From IMG/VR virus record IMGVR_UViG_3300028591_000955, positions 1 through 18,172 of that record: a stretch of 18,172 nt of DNA. One strand, 5' to 3'. Source of the stretch: a virus. The position numbers and the translations under genes were made by a program. Under the pieces are notes generated by a model. The model was not told where the DNA came from, did not search any database, and saw only the letters and a program-made list of their open reading frames with translations. Positions 1-8,319 of the stretch are shown one piece after another. Numbering within the stretch: position 1 is the stretch's first letter; every line of letters starts with the position of its first letter.

Positions 1-3000
1 ATTATATTCAATTGTTCGTGTTCCATATCTCCACTTGCCAAACCATAGCTTTCCGCAATACCAGTAATTTCAACTCTTAATCGTCCTAATTCTTTTGGAG
101 TATAGCCAAGATTAATAAAAGGAATACGTGCCATAAAGTTTTCAATATCAGGCATTGTTTCGCCTTCATATAAATAATGTTCTACACCATATTCATCTTT
201 ATATAAATGCCGTTGACCCGCATTTGGATTTTCTGTTGTTCGAACACCACCTCAATACATTCCGTATCCTGCGAAACCTTCGTGGCTTCAAATATCTCCA
301 AAATAAAGAACTTTTTGCTCGTAATCTTGGCTTTCTGGATCGTGCGGTTCTACTAAACTATCATAGATAAACTTAATACTGTCTAATTCTGCTAATTCAT
401 CAACAGAATACCATCTTTCTGGTTCGTATAAACGACCGCCACTACAACTAACTGGCTTATATCTATTAAACCATTCATTTGGCATATAATCAACAAGTTG
501 GACTTTATCTTCAAACTCATCAATTCGGAAAGTAAAAGTATCACTTGCGATTAAATGGTCTTCTCCAATTTCATCTCTAAAATATTCAACTGGGACATAG
601 ATAGGAGCAACTTGATAAACAATTTCATAACTTTCTTTTAAATCTTCTGGCTTATCAAGTCTTTCATCCATCTCATACCATTCAAAAGTTTGTCCGTCTA
701 AATAATATTTTTCTGGCTTAAAACGATTTTTATCTACATAAAAATCAATATATTCACCATCTCTAAAATCACTTTGATCTAATGAAACAGTATATTCTCC
801 AACAGGTTCATATGTTCTAATACCATAAATTTTTTTCTTAAACTTGATAGTTGTAGTATAAACCTTGATTTCTTCATCTATTGGATGATATACGATATCA
901 TATGGAGAACCCTCTACTACACGCGGTAAAGAAACTCTTCTACCAGTATACTCAAAATCTGTTTCGTATCCTGGTGGCTTATATTTATTTATTCTAACAA
1001 TATCTCCAAAAGAAGGAACTTGATAAAAATCTCTTTCAAGTAAAGTAATAGTTTCTTCTTTTAGAAGAGTTCTAACACCCGGTTCGTCTTCTTTTCAATA
1101 ATTTACTGAAATTGCGGTCGGGCGTTCTTCATAAATAACATTAAATGTTCTACCATTTAAATTATCAAAACTAACAATAAAATCATCATCAACCATTACT
1201 TTTCCATTATGGTAATAAGCGGGTTGATAACGATCGACTTGGAAACGTTCATATAAATCTAATTCATAAACTGTCTTAAACTCATCGCCACGCATCCAGT
1301 ATTGAATTGAGTTAATTAACTCTGAACCTTTGTAGTAATTAACTACATAAGAACCTATTTTATGTGCTAAATTAGTATCAACATAGCGAGTATCATCTCT
1401 TATGTTAAAACTATTTTTTCCAGTATAATCTTCAAAGAATAAACCAGTAATTTTATCATATAAACAATTGCTTGGAGCAACTTTATCTCCGATTTTATCA
1501 TAAAACTGAACTGGAATAAAATCTCTTACGAGCTGGCCGTCATAATAAATCTTACAACTATAAATACCAACATTAGAAATACCCGTATGTTTTTGAGGAG
1601 ACCCATTAGTGGCATTACAGAATAAATAAATCGGACAGCCAAGATTGGAAGATGATGCTGTCATTGGATAAGAATAGGTAAATACTGCTCTGCTTTCTTT
1701 ATTTGGGATATCTACTGTGTAAATACCACTATTTTCTGAAAAACTACGAGCTTCACTTTCTACAATAGCAACACCGTTGTGATTAGCAAAATCTGCTATA
1801 ATTTGTTCTGGACCGCCACTTTCTTGTCTGACAACAGATAATTCATAATTACCATCTCTAAAATCTGGTAATTCACCAATTCTACCGCCGGCACACGCTT
1901 CATACATATTGTCTAATATTCTTGTGCTTGTGCCAGTAGCAGTAAGATTTCTATTATGATATCTCATAAAGAAAGCAGAAGTTATTCCCAAGTTTTCTGA
2001 ATATCTCGCTGCTCCAAATAAATAACCATATTTTGGATTGGTTGCGGACATTGGCTGATCTGGATGGACTAATTCAACTTCCATTTGGATAGATAGTTTA
2101 GATGGGTCCGCAACAGATACGCCTGTATTGATACCAGCATTATTTAAAGTTCATTCTGGATGAAGAGCATTTAAATCTGCTGAACCCATATCATTATGTT
2201 CCAAAAATAAAAATCTATGTGGATATTCATAATCTTGTGGTTCACCAGCGTCTTCATTTAAAGTATAAACAACATTTAATGCTTCTAATACTACCAACGC
2301 TCCAAATGATACTAATCCTTGGTAATCTACAACACCATTCTCTGCGTTAATATTTTTATAGCGATTAAGATTTAATCCTAAATCAAATAAAGTTGTTTCA
2401 TCCGTAAAATCAATAACTCTATAAGAAATAACATCACTACCAACTCAATTTTCGTCCGAGATTGTATTATTATAATATCTGACTGGTGTTTCATAAGTTT
2501 TCGCTAAATAAATAACATCATAGCTGGACCCAAGCTCCTCAAACGTAAATAATGTGGAACCTATACCGCCATCGATGAAACCATCATCATAATATTCTGG
2601 CTTATACCGATTAAGATCAATTAACTGATTTAATCGAACACCGCCAATTGCTTCACTTTCATTTATAGTAATTAAACTTGTGTTGATGGTTGAATAAGCA
2701 GAAGCGAGTTCTTGCTTATATCTAACAATAATATTTTTGCTTCTATCTTGCGAAACAGGAATGTAGATTACTTCAAAAGGAGATGCGTTCAATAACGCAG
2801 ATAAACTCACTTCACCATTATAAAGTAATGATAAATCTACTTGATAGCCATCTGTTTTATGTTTGTTTAATGGAATGATTTCCCCTAATGTAGGTTCACC
2901 CACAAACATTAAATCATTGATTTCTATCGTTTCTGAAATTGGAGTATCAGTTTCTCCGTGCTCGTAATAACGAACGGTAATAGGATAATTTATAGGTTTA

Positions 3001-4388
3001 TAATAAACCTGTAAAACACTTCTATTAACCAAATCGTCAAAAGTGAGGATTTCCTCTGCTTTTAACATAACTCCATTTTCATAAAAAGTTGACTTATATT
3101 TATCAAGATTAAGATTTAAATCTTCAATTAAATTAAAACTATCTTCATACTTATCTTGATATGTTAGTGTTAAAACATCAGAGTTAATTCTTAACCAATT
3201 AGGATATTCACCATTATAATATTCAATATAAATATTTAAGGGTTTCTTGCTATATTTTACGTCATAATTTAATTCAATAGTATCATAAGAAATTAAATCT
3301 TGTAAATTATGATTTTCAATATATCCAGTATTAAAATATCTTATATTAGGAATATATAGATTTGGATTGATAATATCTTGTAAAGTCATTCCGTCAGCAA
3401 TATCACCTTGTTTTACAACAACGACAGAATGATTTACTACCTCAAAACTACCATCGTCTTTTTCTACTGAATAATTAACAACGACTGTTTTTTGCTGCTC
3501 GGATTGTATTTTATCATAATAAATCTGAATAGGGCTTGCCAATAAAAGATTTTCTACTGTTAATTCATCTTCAAAAATAACAGATGCTTTATATCCATTT
3601 GGCTTATATTCTTTTAGATTTATTAACTGTCCGATAGTGCGAGCATCTTGAACCTGTTTTGCGGTAAAAGAAAAGTCTTGTTCCAAAAGTTGGTTATAAT
3701 ATCCGCCTCCATCATTCATTAAATAAGAAAGTGTGATAGTATATCGTGTTGGTTCATAGTTAATAATTACCGCTCTGATATTCGCGAGATTTTCAAAAGT
3801 TAAATCAACCCCTCGCAAATTAGTAGCAACACCATCTTCATAATAATCCATTTTATATTTATTTACATCAATTCCAATAGAGGCCAATGTATCTCCTGTG
3901 CCCTTAAAGGCCGCATTACGAAGAGTAATTACATCGGTCGCAATTAAAGTTGTGCTATCGCGATAATATAAAATAGTTAATCTGGTGCTGTCAGTTAAAC
4001 GCTGATTTGTTGTATAAACTTCACGTTCACCTTTTGCGTAATCGCTGGTAAAATTATACCTAACAATAAAATTACCATTTTTTAATCGTTCAGTTGAGGC
4101 TTCCCCTTTCATTGTTAAGTTAAATGTTAAATTGATATCATCAAAACTTACACAAGAGGTTTTTAGTAATTGTGTTAATTTGCTAATTTTTATAAAAGCG
4201 TCTTCTTCATTTTGACCCAAAACTAAAAAAGCCAACTGAACTGGTCTAAAACGCTCTTGTTGGCGAATATAAGTAGGTTGAATATCGCCGTCTAATCAGT
4301 CTTGTTTTGTATCAACTGTATTGCTGTTTAACACTCTATCATACAACTGGATACCAAGACTGCTTAAATCAATACCATTTATTAGCAT
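1..4388 (-). CDS. Giant tail-tip protein whose 3' end runs off the window (>1,460 codons). Dit-like (distal tail protein) N-terminal domain fused to MucBP-like repeats and a central lectin/jelly-roll-like domain. Read with TGA=Trp.
   Basis: ATG at 4386-4388 with AGGAGG at 4395-4400. Track ORFs 2445..4235, 1095..2084 and 288..671 share one frame. I hand-translated the gaps (4236-4385, 2085-2444, 672-1094, 3-287) and found no TAA/TAG, only TGA at 4296, 2445, 2151, 1095, 288 and 252. The N-terminus MLINGIDLSSLGIQLYDRV...LAFLVLGQNEED...VSFDD resembles siphophage Dit N-domains (recollection, not a search). Confidence 0.75.
300..3986 (-). repeat. Array of >=11 divergent ~75-85 aa protein repeats inside the giant tail gene: about 7 copies at ~2210-3986 and 4 copies at ~300-1340, flanking a non-repeat domain at ~1340-2200
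   Basis: Recurrent core motif: VNKYKMDYYEDG, LKEYKPNGYKAS, LDKYKSTFYENG, LNKHKTDGYQVD, LNRYKPEYYDDG, LNRYKNINAENG, VDRYQPAYYHNG, INKYKPPGYETD, KNRFKPEKYYLDG, FNRYKPVSCSGG. Each copy starts with a Y.V.Y-type strand and ends with a Y[DEN]V.Y-type strand. This pattern is typical of MucBP-like beta-grasp adhesin repeats. Boundaries are approximate. Confidence 0.65.
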
Positions 4389-4543
4389 TAAATACCTCCT
4401 TTTCTTTTTAACTCCAAACCTATTTCATTCAATAGGTCAGTTTTAATTTCTTGTTCTTTTTCATCAAGACCTGAACGAACATCTTGATAACTTGTTTGAG
4501 GCATCTGGATTTCAATTTGTTTCATTACATCTTTATAATCCAT
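4388..4543 (-). CDS. Hypothetical 51-aa helical protein between the chaperone-like gene and the Dit-like gene
   Basis: ATG at 4541-4543 follows GGAGG with a 7-nt spacer. Translation: MDYKDVMKQIEIQMPQTSYQDVRSGLDEKEQEIKTDLLNEIGLELKRKGGI. Its TAA overlaps the next ATG (TAATG). Below the track's size cut-off, so it is my own translation. Confidence 0.5.
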   Translation of the reverse strand: MDYKDVMKQIEIQMPQTSYQDVRSGLDEKEQEIKTDLLNEIGLELKRKGGI

Positions 4544-4554
4544 ATACTTTCCTC

Positions 4555-5064
4555 CTAAACATTAAAATTGCGGAATGTTTGATCGTGCTCTTTAACAGAG
4601 CCAATTTCATAATTTTTTTCTTCGGTTATCTTAATTGGGTCATCATCATTCGCAGCCACTTTTTTTAATGCTAATAGGGTTAAGTTGGCGGTTAATTCTT
4701 GACGACGTAAATAACCGATATAAGCATTTTCTACTTCATCTTCTGTCATATTAAAAAAATCAGTAGGCGAAATACCCATTTCACCTACTGACTTCTTATA
4801 TAATTCAGATATTCTTTCTGATGAAGGAAAATCCAAATGGGACAATAAAGTAGAAAGTTCTGATTTTGTTAAATCGTATGGCTGAAAATTATTTAATATA
4901 GAAGATATAAGAAGTTCATTCGTCCCTACTCTTGTCCCTAATTTGAGAACATCTTCGACAGAGATTTCCTCATTATTATCTATAAGATAAGAAAGTTGAA
5001 TTAAACTTTTCAGTCCAAAAATGAGCGGGACATATTTCTTATCTATTTTAATATAATACACCAT
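4555..5064 (-). CDS. Tail assembly chaperone-like protein (called by position)
   Basis: Track ORF 4555..5094 trimmed to the ATG at 5062-5064 (MVYYIKIDKKYVPL...). It lies immediately downstream of the major tail gene and ends in TAG. The function is inferred from synteny only. Confidence 0.4.
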   Translation of the reverse strand: MVYYIKIDKKYVPLIFGLKSLIQLSYLIDNNEEISVEDVLKLGTRVGTNELLISSILNNFQPYDLTKSELSTLLSHLDFPSSERISELYKKSVGEMGISPTDFFNMTEDEVENAYIGYLRRQELTANLTLLALKKVAANDDDPIKITEEKNYEIGSVKEHDQTFRNFNV

Positions 5065-5449
5065 CAATCTCTGCTCGTAAGCTGCCTGTTCCAAGCAAAC
5101 TTATTCTATATTTATAACTATCATCATATGTAGATGATAGAGGAAAATCAACAATAAGAGCCTCTCCTGAATAAAATCCAGAAGATGTTTGTAGTTTAAC
5201 TTTTATACTCTTATTATTCATAAACGCGTCTTCTATTTTTTTATAACTTTCAGCATTTAAAATATAGGCCCCATTACAAATGATCTTTCAACTCTTTATA
5301 CCAACCAAAGAGGTTTGCCATTCGCCAGTAATTTTATTGGTGATATCAATAGGTATTAAAGAACGATCAAGATTAACATTTAATTGACCTGCTACTGGAC
5401 TATCGTCTAATAAAAGAAGTATATTTATGCCCTTTTGGATATTACTCAT
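5048..5449 (-). CDS. Major tail protein (TP901-1/phi13-like, 133 aa), one in-frame TGA
   Basis: ATG at 5447-5449 follows GAGGGGGA. Track ORF 5288..5479 continues in frame through TGA 5288-5290 to TAA 5048-5050. The sequence ...ITGEWQTSLVGIKS[W]KIICNGAY...SGEALIVDFPLSSTYDDSYKYRISLLGTGSL matches the pattern of small siphophage major tail proteins. Confidence 0.7.
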
Positions 5450-5450
5450 A

Positions 5451-5840
5451 TTAGTCCCCCTCTTTCGTTCCAATAACAATATTAAATGTATACGTTATAA
5501 CACCGTGTTTGCGAACGGGGCCGGTCGCCTTATCACCCAATATTCGGCACTGATGTTGAACTATATTCAGAACTTTTTCATTATTCATCTTTATTTCTTG
5601 AATATTGTTACCAATATTTTCAATAATCTCTAAAATCTCTTTTTCGCCAGGATAATTAGAGAAAATATCAATGGTTAAAGATATTTGGTCTATTCTAATA
5701 TCATAAGCATCAACTCTATTATGGCCTGATGTTCTAACAATTAACCAAGGAAATTGTTCTTCGTATTGTCCTCCATCTTTTATATTATACCCCAATTTTT
5801 TTAATAACGCAACTAATTGCTTTTTTAATTCATTAACCAT
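5451..5840 (-). CDS. Tail terminator / tail completion-like protein (DUF3168-like, 129 aa)
   Basis: Intact track ORF with AAGGGGG upstream of the ATG, positioned directly before the major tail gene. The motif ...FPWLIVRT...ISLTIDIFS... is typical of this family (recollection). Confidence 0.5.
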   Translation of the reverse strand: MVNELKKQLVALLKKLGYNIKDGGQYEEQFPWLIVRTSGHNRVDAYDIRIDQISLTIDIFSNYPGEKEILEIIENIGNNIQEIKMNNEKVLNIVQHQCRILGDKATGPVRKHGVITYTFNIVIGTKEGD

Positions 5841-5844
5841 AGAA

Positions 5845-6024
5845 TTATGCCCCCTTTCGAGGGTCTTCTACTAAATGATAAGCCTCTATTGTATCAAACT
5901 TACCTAAAAATAAAAACTTAACATATAAATGCTGTTCTTTCCCGTCATTATCAAAATGAGGTTCTACTCAATCATAAACAAAGCCATCTGGGGCCTCATA
6001 TTTAGTAATTGTATGATTTATCAT
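5845..6024 (-). CDS. Hypothetical 59-aa protein, one in-frame TGA
   Basis: ATG at 6022-6024 follows GGAGG. Translation: MINHTITKYEAPDGFVYD[W]VEPHFDNDGKEQHLYVKFLFLGKFDTIEAYHLVEDPRKGA. TGA at 5968-5970, TAA at 5845-5847. Own translation. Confidence 0.5.
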
Positions 6025-6035
6025 ATTAACCTCCA

Positions 6036-6596
6036 TTAAATTATTTCAACTTCTGGAACATAGCCTCCTGGGCCTGAACCAGAACCACGAGACGAATAAT
6101 CTGCTCCTAACATAACTTTTGCGGTAATTATAACCGCACTTACAATCATTGTAGCCAACAATCCAATTAGCGAAAATCCGAAATCAATACCGCCCTCTTC
6201 ATCGTCTTCCATTTCTTCCATCTCTTCTTCATATCGCTCTTGTTCTTCTTCCATCGCTTCTTCCATAGCCATTTGTCATAACGGCATAGCTTCTCCAAGA
6301 GCCATTCTATAAGCTGGTTCAAAATAAGGCTGGGCGGCCATTTTCCAAGTTCCATATTCTACATACTGTGCGTATTCTGCTTCTGCGTAAGCTTCACATC
6401 AAGTATCATAACCTTCTGCTCCAATAGTGCTTTGTAAAAAACCGGTATCTACTGGAACTAATGTTGTTGCTATATCATAAAAGGTCTCTGCGAATGCCGC
6501 ACAACCCTCACTATAATCTGGTTCAATTCCATAGATAGGCGTTGCGTCCATAAAGCCCAAATCTTCAATTACATCAAAACCAACTCAAAGTCCCAT
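6036..6596 (-). CDS. HK97 gp10-like head-tail joining protein fused to an acidic stretch, a transmembrane-like helix and a Gly-rich tail (186 aa, three in-frame TGA)
   Basis: ATG at 6594-6596. Hand translation runs in frame through TGA at 6585, 6399 and 6276 into track ORF 6036..6272. The core ...LVPVDTGFLQSTIG...YAQYVEYGT.KMAAQPYFEPAY is the gp10-family signature. The C-terminus is EEAMEEEQERYEEEMEEMEDDEEGG, then IDFGFSLIGLLATMIVSAVIITAKVML, then SSRGSGSGPGG. Confidence 0.65.
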
Positions 6597-6608
6597 AAAC
6601 CCACTCTA

Positions 6609-7172
6609 CTATTCATTCTTTAAATAAATACAATATCCATTATTACTTGGGTATAAATCGCTTGTCGAAGCAGTTGACGAACTTCAAATATTTATATATC
6701 CCTCGTCTATATCAATACTGCCGCTTAATCCAGATTGAGGGCCCAATAAAACAGGAACTTTTGCGGTAGTGTCGGAGCTGGAATTAGCAGCAAAAAGGGT
6801 ATATCCGATGTTGCTTGAAGAAGTATTCATTTTATATATATTATTATCATAAAATGGGGCATAAACGTAATATGCCGGTGTCCCACCAGAATAAGATGCT
6901 CGATGAAAAAAGAACATTATAATTTGACTATTATCATCAAAATCATTTGGAAGATTAGCGTAAATTCGCCATTTACCATTAACCTTTCTTGTGGACCTAG
7001 ACATAGGACGGACAGCAACTTTTATAGTTGCTGTCCCGCTCCCTAATGCTTCTATTTCAGTTGCCATATCAGAAGGAGATAATTTTTCAGAACTACCTGT
7101 TTTTTCTCTAATTGCGTCGGCGATATCTACTAATGTGCTATTTTGTATAATATAATTTTCTGATAATGCCAT
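6609..7172 (-). CDS. Fibre-cassette protein (187 aa), one in-frame TGA
   Basis: Track ORF 6684..7172 continues through TGA 6684-6686 to TAG 6609-6611. Its ATG overlaps the upstream TAA. The N-terminus NSTLVDIADAIREKTGSSEKLSPSDMATEIEAL is a motif I recall from Firmicutes phage fibre-like proteins. Confidence 0.55.
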
Positions 7173-7363
7173 TAGAATGTCGCCTCCTCTGCGGACGGAA
7201 GGTTAAGAGAAATAACCCCATCTTCACTAATTGAAATACCTGTGCCCGCAGTATAAACAGTCCCACCAGCATTCGCAATTTCTGTTTTAATTGTTCCTAC
7301 TAAATGAAGTAAGCCATCTCCATTTAACATTTTATTACCATATTCATTTGTATTATCTGCCAT
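7172..7363 (-). CDS. Small fibre-associated protein (63 aa)
   Basis: Track ORF 7172..7453 trimmed to the ATG at 7361-7363, which follows AAGGAGG. MADNTNEYGNKMLNGDGLLHLVGTIKTEI...TAGTGISISEDGVISL shares motifs with the neighbouring fibre genes. Confidence 0.55.
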   Translation of the reverse strand: MADNTNEYGNKMLNGDGLLHLVGTIKTEIANAGGTVYTAGTGISISEDGVISLNLPSAEEATF

Positions 7364-7369
7364 AAAAAG

Positions 7370-7411
7370 CCTCCTTTTAAAAGAGGTGCGGGCAACTCTA
7401 AAACCGCACCT
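7370..7411 (-). terminator. Terminator-like hairpin between fibre genes
   Basis: On the minus strand AGGTGCGG (7411-7404) pairs with CCGCACCT (7391-7384) across a 12-nt loop. It is followed by CUCUUUUAAAAGGAGG, i.e. a U-tract and then the next gene's ribosome-binding site. Confidence 0.4.
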
Positions 7412-7477
7412 AATAATTGTTTTATAATATTTACACGTCCCATTCCATTCCAAAGAGTTGCTTTATACATTTAGTAT

Positions 7478-8080
7478 TTATTCTGCTGATGCCGCAGACC
7501 AAATACTATCGATTTCAGAGTTAGATAAATAACTTAAATTAACATTAGTATCGCCTAATTGTTCCCAAGCATTGTTAATATAAGCATATTCAGTATAAAC
7601 ATTTCCAGAAATACCAGAACTCTTTAATACTAAATAAATTACATTTGCTTCGCCAGTTGCTGGTAGTGTCTGAACGACTTCAAAATGAAAGCCTGTCATA
7701 CTTCCAACAGCAGAAGCAATATCACTCATTGTTGCGACTTTATTAGATGACGCATTATATGCTGTATTAAAAACAAGAGCATCTTGCTTTCCATCCCAAG
7801 CAGAAATCTTGGCACTTGTAATATCTTTTGCCGCACTGGCATTAAAAGCAGGTTCAGTTTCTGCTGGAATATCAGAAGCAGTAATAAAACCTACGTCATT
7901 CGTGAAAGCAGAAACATTTGAAGGAACAGTCGGAATAGTAGGAACGTTATCAAGTAAAGCATAATCTAACTTGCTACTTGATGTAATCGCATCCTGCTTG
8001 CCGTTTAAAGCCGCTTTAACCTTTCCCGCAAAATAACCAAGATGTTCGCCATCTAATAATTTATTATCATAAGCTGCCAT
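7478..8080 (-). CDS. Tail/neck fibre-like protein (200 aa)
   Basis: Intact track ORF with GGAGG upstream and a TAA stop. It contains VPTIPTVPSNVSAFTNDVGFITASDIP, a motif shared with 8320..9957 and common in phage fibre proteins. Confidence 0.65.
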   Translation of the reverse strand: MAAYDNKLLDGEHLGYFAGKVKAALNGKQDAITSSSKLDYALLDNVPTIPTVPSNVSAFTNDVGFITASDIPAETEPAFNASAAKDITSAKISAWDGKQDALVFNTAYNASSNKVATMSDIASAVGSMTGFHFEVVQTLPATGEANVIYLVLKSSGISGNVYTEYAYINNAWEQLGDTNVNLSYLSNSEIDSIWSAASAE

Positions 8081-8094
8081 ATATGTGTTTCCTC

Positions 8095-8316
8095 CTACAT
8101 ATTATTTCATATATCATCAATATCAGAATTGGTAAGTATTTCTCTACCAATCATATTCAAATTATAATCACCCACTGCTGGCATTACCCCTCCAACTCTA
8201 TTATTTCAAGAAATAACGCCATTTTCTCCGGGGTCTCCTTTTGGGCCAGCAGGACCGCGAATAGAAGTTATTTCAACCCATTCGCCATTAGCATTTTTAA
8301 TTTTTAATACTGCCAT
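8095..8316 (-). CDS. Small collagen-like protein (73 aa), two in-frame TGA
   Basis: ATG at 8314-8316 follows AGGAGG. Translation: MAVLKIKNANGEWVEITSIRGPAGPKGDPGENGVIS[W]NNRVGGVMPAVGDYNLNMIGREILTNSDIDDI[W]NNM. TGA at 8206 and 8107, TAG at 8095-8097. G-X-Y triplets fall at ~8218-8256. Own translation. Confidence 0.6.
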
Positions 8317-8319
8317 AAA

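Noticed and set aside
4611-4620. A AAA AAT slippery heptamer in the chaperone-like gene as a G/GT programmed frameshift site
   Set aside because: The -1 frame terminates after 7 codons (TAA) and the +1 frame ends near 4536, so no T-like extension is available. The downstream 51-aa ORF is closed by a TAA 7 codons upstream of its own ATG and has its own ribosome-binding site.
6167-6355. Minus-strand ORF encoding a Lys/Trp-rich 62-aa peptide
   Set aside because: It is an alternative frame across the acidic-repeat region of the gp10-like gene, and its KKRWKK repeats mirror the GAA/GAT-rich coding frame. It has no ribosome-binding site.
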